A program made the position numbers and the translations under genes. From positions 964 through 64,963 of the forward strand of contig JAFTLQ010000015.1 of NCBI GenBank assembly GCA_017455905.1: a stretch of DNA of 64,000 bases, written 5' to 3'. This DNA is from Clostridia bacterium (GTDB lineage: Bacteria > Bacillota > Clostridia > Oscillospirales > CAG-272). The stretch's first letter is position 1. Each line of letters begins with the position of its first letter. This document shows, in pieces, positions 30,559-40,200 of this stretch. The notes beneath the pieces were generated by a model, which worked only from the letters and a program-made list of their open reading frames with translations, made no database searches and was not told the origin of the DNA.

Positions 30559-30745
30559 CCTTTGCCTTAATTCAAGCGAACTTGGTATATGCTGTCCGAT
30601 CGATCTGCGATCGGATGTCAAGCTGTTGGATGCCGTCGAGGCCGTGTACGGGACGAATGAGAAGGCGGAGATCATCGTATCCAATATGCTGCTTGATAAA
30701 TATCAGACCGGCACCAAGAAAAGCGAGCTTCAAAAAAGGATCTAA
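30515..30745 (+). pseudogene. orphan 3' gene fragment (unknown protein C-terminus, no start codon)
   Basis: An open frame without a start encodes ..GLAENYDLCLNSSELGICCPIDLRSDVKLLDAVEAVYGTNEKAEIIVSNMLLDKYQTGTKKSELQKRI, followed directly by a strong terminator. It abuts the MATE remnant. Confidence 0.4.
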
Positions 30746-30758
30746 ACAACCAACAATG

Positions 30759-30794
30759 AAAAAGCGATGAGATCGTTCGTCTCATCGCTTTTTG
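30759..30794. terminator. bidirectional intrinsic terminator
   Basis: AAAGCGATGAGA / TCTCATCGCTTT stem flanked by GAAAAA and TTTTT, between convergent units. Confidence 0.8.
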
Positions 30795-30815
30795 AATGCA
30801 AATGTAAAGGAATAT

Positions 30816-32114
30816 TTACTGCTGAGCCTTCTTCGCGAGATGCTCCTCTCGTGCGCTTCGGCGTCCTTCTTCCTTGATGTCTCCGGCCTTTGTCAGTGCG
30901 ATCTTGGTTAAGAACGGACCGACGATCTCATAGATCAATACGGCAAACAGGGTGATATTGCGGACAATGGCACCGTCGGGACCGAGCTCGGTGGCTTTGA
31001 TCGCCATACCGAGCGCCACGCCTGCCTGCGGGAGCAGGGTGATACCGAGATACTTGACGATGTTGGGATCGGATCCCACCATTTTTGCGCTGAGGCCTGC
31101 ACCGAAATATTTACCAATGGAGCGAGTGAGGATGTAGACGACGCCGATGACCACGACGGCCCAATCGGCAAAGACCGAAAGCTCCAGCTCCGCGCCGCTG
31201 ATGACGAAGAACAGAATGAGAACGGGGGTCGTCCATCGGTCGGCTCTCTCCATCAGCTCCTCGGAAACCTCGCAGAAGTTGCAGAACACGGTGCCAAGCA
31301 TCATGCAAGCAAGAAGAGAGGAAAAGCCGATATGCAGACCGATCGACGGGATCTCAAACTTCAAGCTGGAGATCGCGACGGTCAGCATAACGAAGGTAAC
31401 TGAGACCGCCATACGCTTGGAGCGAGAATGGAAATACCGTTCGCAAAGCGTGAAAAGCAATCCCATCACGAAGCCGAGCAGAAGCGACAGAACGATCTCA
31501 AGAATGGGATCAACAACGATGGAGATCACGTCCACGGTACCTGTATTCAGGGACTTTGCAATACCGAAGGAGATGGCAAAGACCACAAGTCCCACCGCAT
31601 CGTCCAGCGCAACAACAGGCAGAAGAACGTCGGTAACGGGTCCCTTTGCCTTATATTGCTTGACGACCATCAGCGTCGCCGCGGGGGCCGTGGCCGTTGC
31701 AACCGATGCAAGAACGATCGCCGCGGGGAGGGGAAGCTTATCCGGTATAATGAAATGCAAGGCGATCAAAGCGGCATCCACGACAACGGTCGTGATCAGG
31801 GCTTGCATGATACCGATAACGGTGGCTTGCTTACCTATTTTTTTCAGCTGGGAAAGCCTGAACTCGTTTCCCATGGAAAACGCGATAAAGCCAAGGGCCA
31901 GATCGGAGATGATACCAAATCCATCAAGTTGGTCTGCCGTGATACCGATTCCGGGAATACCGATGGCTCCGACAACAAAGGGACCGATCAGAACACCGGC
32001 GACCAGGTAGGCGGTAACGGCGGGGAGCTTTACTAATTTGGCAAGTCTCGATAGGAGAAGACCTGCCAGCAAAGCGATAGATAAACTCAAAAAGATACTG
32101 GCTGTTTGAGTCAT
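30816..32114 (-). CDS. cation:proton antiporter (CPA2 / Na+/H+ exchanger family)
   Basis: Polytopic protein with LPAVTAYLVAGVLIGPF, typical of Kef/NapA-type sodium/hydrogen exchanger family members. Confidence 0.85.
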   Translation of the reverse strand: MTQTASIFLSLSIALLAGLLLSRLAKLVKLPAVTAYLVAGVLIGPFVVGAIGIPGIGITADQLDGFGIISDLALGFIAFSMGNEFRLSQLKKIGKQATVIGIMQALITTVVVDAALIALHFIIPDKLPLPAAIVLASVATATAPAATLMVVKQYKAKGPVTDVLLPVVALDDAVGLVVFAISFGIAKSLNTGTVDVISIVVDPILEIVLSLLLGFVMGLLFTLCERYFHSRSKRMAVSVTFVMLTVAISSLKFEIPSIGLHIGFSSLLACMMLGTVFCNFCEVSEELMERADRWTTPVLILFFVISGAELELSVFADWAVVVIGVVYILTRSIGKYFGAGLSAKMVGSDPNIVKYLGITLLPQAGVALGMAIKATELGPDGAIVRNITLFAVLIYEIVGPFLTKIALTKAGDIKEEGRRSAREEHLAKKAQQ

Positions 32115-32344
32115 AACATATGCCTTCTTTCAAGTGAAATTCGATTACCTTAGCGTAGAATCATGCAGATGGGATGGGAGGGGCGTGCCTGTACTCTCAA
32201 ACAATATCTTAATGGTTGCGCTCAATTCATCGACTACTAATTATAGCACGTTCTCTTAAAAAAGTCTATTGTTTTTGTAAAAAAAATCAACGTTTTTGCA
32301 AAAAAAATTTAATAGTTTATTCATGGCTAGTTTGCGTTTTCGCC

Positions 32345-32386
32345 TTGGCAAACGCACAGCCCCGTGCTATAATCTAACCCGGTTAG
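32345..32386 (+). promoter_or_regulatory. promoter plus palindromic operator of the MarR-ABC exporter operon
   Basis: TTGGCA (32345-32350), 17-nt spacer, TATAAT (32368-32373), immediately followed by the inverted repeat CTAAC-CCG-GTTAG (32374-32386). Confidence 0.6.
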
Positions 32387-32409
32387 CTTTTTGGAGAAAG
32401 GAGAAATCA

Positions 32410-32859
32410 ATGGCAACGAAGGAGCAGATCGAATATATTGCGTATGAGCTTCCAAAGGCACATCCGGCGAATTTGCTGAAGATCATCAACGACTCCAATG
32501 CCGGTATCGGCTTTGTTTTAAAATTGCTTTATGCAGCTGAGGGAAACCGTTTGTCCGCCGGAGCGATCAGCGAGGCCATGTGCGTCAGCACGGCACGCGT
32601 CGCGGTGCTTCTGAAGAAAATGGAAGGCAAGGGCCTCATTGTTAGAGCAAGTGACAAAAACGATGCGCGTGTTACGATCGTCCGTCTTTCCGAGCAAGGC
32701 AAACAAGCGGCGAAGGAGATGCGAGATCGAATGCTGGATCACATTTCGGATGTGATCGATAGGATCGGCATGGAGAAGCTGGAGCAGTTCATCGCGCTTT
32801 CTGTGGAGGTCAAGGCGGCGATGGAGGAGGATTTTCCTCCCAAGCTAAGCGCTTCATGA
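32410..32859 (+). CDS. MarR family transcriptional regulator
   Basis: ATG 32410 after an AAAGGAGA SD. Winged HTH (LSAGAISEAMCVSTARVAVLLKKMEGKGLIVRASDKNDARVTIVRLSEQG). The track start at 32296 spans the promoter. Confidence 0.85.
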   Translation: MATKEQIEYIAYELPKAHPANLLKIINDSNAGIGFVLKLLYAAEGNRLSAGAISEAMCVSTARVAVLLKKMEGKGLIVRASDKNDARVTIVRLSEQGKQAAKEMRDRMLDHISDVIDRIGMEKLEQFIALSVEVKAAMEEDFPPKLSAS

Positions 32860-32953
32860 TGTAAAAACAAATCTGACCCATGACGGTTTCATTTTTTTGA
32901 CAAATATCGAATGAAGGTAACAAAACGTATATGTTTCACACAGGAGGATTGCT

Positions 32954-34711
32954 GTGTTTAAATTAATGAAGAAAATGCGTTGGCAGGATTGGTGCTACGC
33001 ATTGGTCTGCATTGCGTTTATCGTAGTGCAGGTCTGGCTGGACATGACCATGCCGGATTACATGAAAAAGATCACGAAGCTCATTGAAACGCCCGGCAGT
33101 AAGATGGCGGATATTTGGAGTGCGGGCGGCATGATGCTGCTGTGTTCGCTGGGAAGCGTGACGGCGGCCGTCATTACCGCGATCTTTTCCTCAAGGATCG
33201 GCAGTGATCTTGCCTTTACGCTTCGCGAAAGTCTCTTTAAGAAGGTACAGACCTTCTCGATGGAGGAGATCGGCAAGTTTTCGACCGCGAGCCTTATCAC
33301 CCGTTCCACCAATGACATTCAGCAGGTGCTGATGTTCATCGTGATGGGTCTGCAAATGCTCATCAAGGCGCCTGTGACGGCCATTTGGGCGATCTGCAAG
33401 ATTGCAGGTCAGCAGTGGCAGTGGTCGTTGGCTACGGCGATCGGTGTCGTCGTCGTGCTCGGTTTGGTCGGCATCTGTATTACGCTCGTGCTGCCTAAGG
33501 TCAGACGAATGCAAAAGCTGACCGATGACCTGAACCGCGTCACCCGTGAAAATCTGAGCGGCCTGCGCGTGGTCAGAGCCTACAACGCCGAAGCGTATCA
33601 GGAAAACAAATTTGAAGATGCGAACGAGCAGCTGACCAAAACGCAGCTGTTCCAGCAGAGAACCATGGCGTTTATGATGCCTACGATGATGCTCGTACAA
33701 AGTGGCTTGATGCTGGTCGTGTATTGGATCGGCGCGGCTCTACTGGGCGGAGCTAACATTCCCGAAAGACTTCCCTTGCTCGGTAATATGATGGTGTTCA
33801 GTCAGTACGGTATTATGATCGTCATGGCGTTTATGATGCTCGTCATGCCCTTTATGATGCTTCCGAGAGCCTCGGTGGCGGCCAAGCGTATCAACGCGGT
33901 GTTGGATACCGAGCCTACCATACATAACGGAAGGGAGACCGACGGCAAGGACGGCGTCTTGGGTGAGGTGGAATTTAAGAACGTCTCCTTCCGTTACCCC
34001 GATGCCGAGGAAGACGTGGTCCATGACATCTCCTTTACCGCAAAGAAGGGGGAGACGGTCGCCTTTATCGGCTCTACCGGCTGCGGAAAGAGCACTGTTA
34101 TCAACCTTGTTCCGCGCTTCTACGACGTGACCGAGGGCGAGGTGCTGGTGGACGGTGTCAACGTCAAGCAATATGACGAGCACGCGCTGCGCAATAAGAT
34201 CGCCTACGTTTCGCAAAGAGCGATCCTTTTCTCGGGAACGATTGCCTCGAACGTCGCTTACGGCGACAACGGAAAGCCCGCGCCTACGGCTGAGGAGATC
34301 GCCGACGCGGTCGATACGGCACAGGCAAGCGAGTTCGTTGAAGGACTTCCCGAGACGTATAACGGCTACGTCGCACAGGGCGGTACCAACTTCTCGGGCG
34401 GCCAGAAGCAGCGGTTGTCTATTGCCCGCGCTGTTGCGAGAAAGGCCGAGATCCTGATCTTTGACGACTCCTTCTCGGCGCTCGACTATAAGACGGATCG
34501 CGTTCTGCGCAAGACGCTGGATCGGAAATGCGGCGATGCTACGAGACTGATCGTGGCACAGCGTATCGGCACGATCCGCGATGCTGACAAGATCATCGTT
34601 CTCGACGAAGGACGTATGGTCGGTATCGGTACACATGAAGAACTGATGAGAGACTGTGAGGTCTATCAGCAGATCGCCCTTTCACAGCTTTCAAAGGAGG
34701 AGTTGGCGTAA
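32954..34711 (+). CDS. ABC transporter ATP-binding/permease protein (type I exporter half-transporter)
   Basis: Six-TM domain plus NBD with Walker A GSTGCGKST, signature FSGGQKQRLSIAR and Walker B ILIFDDSFSALD. Confidence 0.9.
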   Translation: MFKLMKKMRWQDWCYALVCIAFIVVQVWLDMTMPDYMKKITKLIETPGSKMADIWSAGGMMLLCSLGSVTAAVITAIFSSRIGSDLAFTLRESLFKKVQTFSMEEIGKFSTASLITRSTNDIQQVLMFIVMGLQMLIKAPVTAIWAICKIAGQQWQWSLATAIGVVVVLGLVGICITLVLPKVRRMQKLTDDLNRVTRENLSGLRVVRAYNAEAYQENKFEDANEQLTKTQLFQQRTMAFMMPTMMLVQSGLMLVVYWIGAALLGGANIPERLPLLGNMMVFSQYGIMIVMAFMMLVMPFMMLPRASVAAKRINAVLDTEPTIHNGRETDGKDGVLGEVEFKNVSFRYPDAEEDVVHDISFTAKKGETVAFIGSTGCGKSTVINLVPRFYDVTEGEVLVDGVNVKQYDEHALRNKIAYVSQRAILFSGTIASNVAYGDNGKPAPTAEEIADAVDTAQASEFVEGLPETYNGYVAQGGTNFSGGQKQRLSIARAVARKAEILIFDDSFSALDYKTDRVLRKTLDRKCGDATRLIVAQRIGTIRDADKIIVLDEGRMVGIGTHEELMRDCEVYQQIALSQLSKEELA

Positions 34712-36588
34712 TGGAAAAGAAGGAATATGAATTCGGTCAGGCGCAGCACAGACCCATGCGCCGCGGCCCGGGCGGTCCCGGAGGTCCCGGTGGACGAATG
34801 GGCAGAGCAGAGAAGCCCAAGGACTTGATAGGCACATGGAAAAAGCTGATCATGTATTGCCGCAAATATATTGTATTTATTGCCGTTGCACTCCTTTGTG
34901 CCATCGGCGGAACGGTGCTGACCCTGCTCGGCCCCGGTAAGCTGCAGGATATCACAGATTATATTACCGTGGGAATCCCAAACAAGGAAGGGCTTGTGGG
35001 AATCATTGATCTTGATGCGATCTTTACATTAGGCATTACGCTCGTATGCTTCTACGCGGCGAGCTGGATCCTCTCGGCGCTCCAAAGCTGGATCATGGCA
35101 ACTGTGACGCAAAGAGTCTCCAAATCCATGCGTCGGGATATTTCAAAAAAGATCAACCGACTTCCCATGTGGTATTATAATCGCACCACGACGGGCGACG
35201 TGCTTTCCCGCGTGACCAACGACGTCGATACCATCGGACAGTCGCTCCACCAAAGCGTCGGAACGCTCATTACCCAGATCGTACTGTTCTTCGGCAGCTT
35301 GATCATCATGCTGATCACCAACTGGATCATGGCGCTGACCGCCGTGGTGGCAACCTTCATCGGATTTGTTATCATGCTTTTGATCATGAGCCGAAGCCAG
35401 AAATATTTTACTCGCCAACAGCGTGACCTCGGTGCCATCAACGGACACGTGGAGGAGATCTACGCCGGTCACACCGTCGTAAAGGCATATAACGGCGAGG
35501 CGCAGGCGGAGGCAGAGTTTGACCGTCTCAATGCGAGCCTTCGCAGCAGCGGCTTCAAGGCGCACTGCCTGTCCGGCCTTATGATGCCTTTGATGACCTT
35601 TATCGGCAACTTTGCCTACGTGGCCGTCTGTATCGTCGGCGGTATGCTGGCAATCAACGGAAGCATCAGCCTTGGTGTCATCGCGGCGTTTATGCTGTAC
35701 GTTCGCTACTTTACACAGCCTCTGTCGCAGGTATCCCAGGCGATGCAGTCGCTTCAATCGGCCGCTGCCGCCGGCGAGCGTGTCTTTGAATTCCTCGAGG
35801 CCGAGGAGATGGCGGACGAAAGCCACAAGACCAAGAGCCTTGAAAACATCCGTGGCTCCGTTGAGTTCCGTCACGTCAAATTCGGCTATGAGGATTCCGA
35901 TAAGACCATCATCCACGATTTCTCCGCCGAGGCAAAGCCGGGACAGAAGATCGCGATCGTCGGTCCCACAGGTGCCGGAAAGACAACCATGGTTAACCTT
36001 TTGATGCGTTTCTACGAGCTGCAGGGCGGTGAGATCCTCATCGACGGCGTGTCCACCAAGGACGTCAAGCGCGAAAATGTGCACGATCAGTTCTGTATGG
36101 TCTTGCAGGATACGTGGCTGTTTGAAGGCACGGTGAGAGAAAACCTCGTGTATTCTACGCCCGATGTCTGCGATGAAAAGATCAAGGAGGCTTGCAAGGC
36201 CGTTGGCTTGCATCACTTCATCAAGACACTTCCCAACGGATATGATACCGTACTGACCGATCAGGTCAATCTGTCGCAGGGACAAAAGCAACAGCTGACC
36301 ATCGCCCGCGCGATGATCGCCGACAAGCCAATGCTCATCCTTGATGAGGCGACGAGTTCGGTCGATACGCGCACGGAATTGCAAATTCAGGACGCTATGG
36401 ATAAGCTGATGCGCGACCGGACGTCGTTTGTCATTGCGCACCGTCTGTCCACCATCAAGAATGCCAATCTGATCCTTGTTATGAAGGACGGCGATATTAT
36501 CGAGAGCGGAACCCATGAGGACTTGCTTGCCAAGGGCGGCTTCTACGCGGAGCTTTACAACAGCCAGTTCGAAGATGCGTCGGCATAA
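34711..36588 (+). CDS. ABC transporter ATP-binding/permease protein (heterodimer partner)
   Basis: Overlapping stop/start with the upstream gene. Walker A GPTGAGKTT, signature LSQGQKQQLTIAR, Walker B LILDEATSSVD. Confidence 0.9.
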   Translation: MEKKEYEFGQAQHRPMRRGPGGPGGPGGRMGRAEKPKDLIGTWKKLIMYCRKYIVFIAVALLCAIGGTVLTLLGPGKLQDITDYITVGIPNKEGLVGIIDLDAIFTLGITLVCFYAASWILSALQSWIMATVTQRVSKSMRRDISKKINRLPMWYYNRTTTGDVLSRVTNDVDTIGQSLHQSVGTLITQIVLFFGSLIIMLITNWIMALTAVVATFIGFVIMLLIMSRSQKYFTRQQRDLGAINGHVEEIYAGHTVVKAYNGEAQAEAEFDRLNASLRSSGFKAHCLSGLMMPLMTFIGNFAYVAVCIVGGMLAINGSISLGVIAAFMLYVRYFTQPLSQVSQAMQSLQSAAAAGERVFEFLEAEEMADESHKTKSLENIRGSVEFRHVKFGYEDSDKTIIHDFSAEAKPGQKIAIVGPTGAGKTTMVNLLMRFYELQGGEILIDGVSTKDVKRENVHDQFCMVLQDTWLFEGTVRENLVYSTPDVCDEKIKEACKAVGLHHFIKTLPNGYDTVLTDQVNLSQGQKQQLTIARAMIADKPMLILDEATSSVDTRTELQIQDAMDKLMRDRTSFVIAHRLSTIKNANLILVMKDGDIIESGTHEDLLAKGGFYAELYNSQFEDASA

Positions 36589-36597
36589 GGAGGAAGT

Positions 36598-37206
36598 ATG
36601 AGCTTTCAGTATATAACGATCGAACGTGAATACGGCAGCGGCGGCACGAACATTGCCCGCCGCCTGGCCGAGGCATGCGGAAAAGCCTGCTACGGAGAAG
36701 AGATCCTTGAGGCCGTAGCCCAAAAGCTGGACATTTCCGTTGAGCAAATTCAACGCTACGAGGAGTCTGTCAGCAACAGCTTTTTATACACGGCCTTTAT
36801 GATGCGCAGAGCACAAGAGGGCAACGCCGATATGCTTTCGGGAGAAGGTCATATATTTGTCGCGGAGCAGCAGCAGATCAAGCACCTGGCCGCGTCCGGC
36901 CCCGCTATATTTATCGGACACTGTGCGTCGGAGGCGCTCCGTGATCGGAGCGTTGTAAAGGTATTTATCCGCTGCTCGGACAGCGAACAAAAAGCCAAAC
37001 GCATTGCAGAGGATTACGGAATCGATCCGAAGCGCGTAGACAGCGTTCGCAATCGCTACGACAGCAAACGGGCGAAATATTATTATGCCAATACCACGCA
37101 GAAGTGGGAGGATCTAAAGAACTACGATATCGTTCTGGATTCCGCTAAGCTGGGTATTGATGGATGTGTGAACGCCTTGAAGGGGATTTTACAGGATGAC
37201 AACTAA
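36598..37206 (+). CDS. cytidylate kinase-like family protein
   Basis: ITIEREYGSGGTNIARRLAEACG is the typical N-terminus of the Cytidylate_kin2-type family. Confidence 0.75.
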   Translation: MSFQYITIEREYGSGGTNIARRLAEACGKACYGEEILEAVAQKLDISVEQIQRYEESVSNSFLYTAFMMRRAQEGNADMLSGEGHIFVAEQQQIKHLAASGPAIFIGHCASEALRDRSVVKVFIRCSDSEQKAKRIAEDYGIDPKRVDSVRNRYDSKRAKYYYANTTQKWEDLKNYDIVLDSAKLGIDGCVNALKGILQDDN

Positions 37207-37292
37207 CGCAAGGTAACGGCGAGCGGACGGCTCATGGGCGTATGCCTGTGAGCCGTCCGCGAGAGTAACCGTCGTTTCAGGAGGAAAAAACA

Positions 37293-40200
37293 TTGAAAGA
37301 CTATCGCGCAGGTATTGATATCGGTTCTACAACCGTCAAGCTTGTGGTACTGGATGATAACGATCATATGATCTACGGCAAATATCGCCGCCATCTTGCC
37401 CGTACGCAGGCGACGCTGAACGAGCTGTTGAAGGAAGCAAAGCAGCTACTCGGAGACTGCCGATTAAACGTAAGAATTACCGGTTCGGGTTCTATTAATC
37501 TCGGTAAGGCACTCGGCATTGATTTCGTACAAGAGGTCGTGGCGGTCGCCACCGCGCTCAAGCATGAAGCACCCCAAACCGACGTCGCTATTGAGCTTGG
37601 CGGAGAGGATGCCAAGATCATATACTTTACGGGCGGCTTGGAGGAACGAATGAACGGTGTCTGTGCCGGAGGCACGGGATCGTTTATCGACCAAATGGCG
37701 GCCCTTCTCCAAACGGACGACGCGGGGCTGAATCAAGCGGCAGAAGCCTATAAAGAGATATATCCGATCGCCGCTCGCTGCGGTGTGTTTGCCAAAACGG
37801 ACATTCAACCGCTCATCAACGAGGGAGCGACGACCGAGGATCTGGCCGCCTCTATTTTTCAAGCGGTGGTCAATCAAACCATATCGGGCCTTGCCTGCGG
37901 AAAGCCCATACGCGGCTGTGTTGCCTTCCTCGGCGGCCCGCTCCATTTCATGCCCGAGCTGAAGAAGGCGTTTATCCGCACATTGAAGCTCACGCCGGAG
38001 AATATCATCGATCCCGAGCAGTCGCATCTGTTTGCGGCCATGGGAGCGGCGCTGGAAGCGACCGACGAGCAAGGCACGGATATCGACGCGCTGATCCATC
38101 GTTTGGAATCGGGCGTTGAGATCGCCTTTGAAATGCAACGACTTGAACCGTTGTTTGCTACGGACGAGGAGTATGAGACGTTTACCAAGCGTCATGAGCG
38201 CGCGGTCTTGCCGAAGAGGGATCTTGCCACGTATACGGGCAAATGCTACCTCGGTATCGACGCGGGATCCACTACGACCAAAATGGCTCTTATCGGCGCC
38301 TCGGGCGAGCTTCTGTATTCCTTCTATGCCAACAATCAAGGCAATCCTATCGAAACTGCCAAGGCAGGAATCGCCGGATTGCAAAAAATTTTACCCTCGA
38401 CCGCGAAAATTGTCAGATCCTGTTCCACGGGATACGGAGAAGTCCTTTTGAAATCGGCGTTTTCGCTGGATGAGGGAGAGGTAGAAACGATCGCGCACTG
38501 TACGGCGGCGTCCTTCTTTGATCCCGACGTGGATTGCGTGCTGGATATCGGCGGCCAGGATATGAAGTGCATCAAGCTGAAGGGCGGCATGGTGGACACG
38601 ATCCTGCTCAACGAGGCCTGCTCGTCGGGATGCGGTTCGTTTATTGAAAACTTTGCCAATTCTCTCGGCTTCAGCGCACAAGACTTTGCCAAAGAGGCCT
38701 TATTCGCCAAAAATCCCGTAGATCTCGGTACGCGTTGTACCGTGTTCATGAACTCAAACGTCAAGCAGGCGCAAAAGGAAGGCGCGTCGGTTTCGGATAT
38801 TTCCGCGGGGCTTGCCTATTCGGTTATCAAAAACGCCCTGTTCAAGGTGATAAAATTAACCGATGCCAAGGATCTCGGTAAGCATATCGTCGTGCAGGGA
38901 GGAACCTTCCATAACAAAGCCGTACTGCGCGCCTTTGAAAAGGTCGCGGGTACGGAAGCCGTTTGCCCCGACATTTCGGGCCTGATGGGCGCGTTTGGCG
39001 CGGCTCTCATCGCCAAGCAGCACGATAACGGGGAAGAGTCGTCCATGCTTTCGCTTGACGAGATCATGACGCTTACCTATACCCAAACGAGCAGACGGTG
39101 CGGCGGTTGCGCCAACAACTGTATGTTGACGGTCAATACATTCCCCAACCAACGGCATCATATTTCTGGTAACCGTTGCGAAAAAGGAAGCGGAGGATCC
39201 GCGTCGGGTGCCAAGGGTGCCAACCTTATGGAATACAAGCGACAGCGCATGTTTGCGTACGAGCCGCTCTCCGAAAGCGAAGCGACGAGAGGCACGGTCG
39301 GCATACCGAGAGTTCTGAACATATATGAAAACTATCCGTTCTGGGCAACCTTCTTCAAGAAGCTCGGTATCCGCGCGGTGCTTTCTCCGTTCTCGGACAG
39401 ACGCATGTATGAGCTCGGTATGGAGTCCATTCCGTCCGAATCCGAATGCTATCCCGCCAAGCTCTCGCACGGCCACGTGGAGTGGCTGATCAAGCAGGGC
39501 ATTCAAACGATCTTCCACCCGTGTGTGTATTACGAGCATCAGGAAACCTCCAAAGCACAAAATCACTATAACTGCCCGATCGTCGTTTCCTACGCCGAGA
39601 ATTTGAAAAACAACGTCGAGGCCATCACCTCCGGAAAGGTGAAGTATATTCGCCCGTTCATGGCGTTCACAAGCGAAAAGTCGGTCGCCCATCGAATGGT
39701 CATGCTGTGCAAAAAGGAGTGGAACATACCCGAAAGGGAGGTACGAGAGGCGGTAAAGGCCGCCTGGCAGGAGCAGCTCAATGCCAAGGCCGACATACGC
39801 AAACAGGGCGCCAAGGTGCTTGCCGAGATGGAAGCTCGCCACGGCAAGGGCATCGTCCTGGCGGGGCGTCCGTATCATATTGATCCCGAGATCAATCACG
39901 GCATCCCCGAGTTGATCACGTCGTACGGACTTGACGTATTTACGGAGGATAGTCTTCCCATAGATTTTGACCCGTCAAGACCGGTGCGCGTGGTCGATCA
40001 GTGGGTCTATCACTCAAGACTGTATACCGCGGCCGAGTTCGTATGCAAAAGGAACGATCTTGAATTGATCCAGCTGAATTCCTTCGGCTGCGGCCTTGAC
40101 GCGGTGACGACCGATCAGGTGTGCGAGATACTTGAAAAGAGCAACAAGCTGTATACCGTGTTGAAGATCGACGAGGTGAACAATCTCGGTGCGGTCAGGA

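Noticed and set aside
35143-36753. 536-aa minus-strand ORF antisense to the second ABC transporter gene. Similar antisense ORFs are 33740-34636, 38856-39899, 37464-38384, 24234-25199, 18298-19170, 29100-29900, 28739-29392 and 43763-44536.
   Set aside because: Each overlaps a sense gene carrying unambiguous family motifs (Walker A/B, SDR, MATE, AKR and others). The antisense translations are Arg/His-rich with no recognisable motifs.
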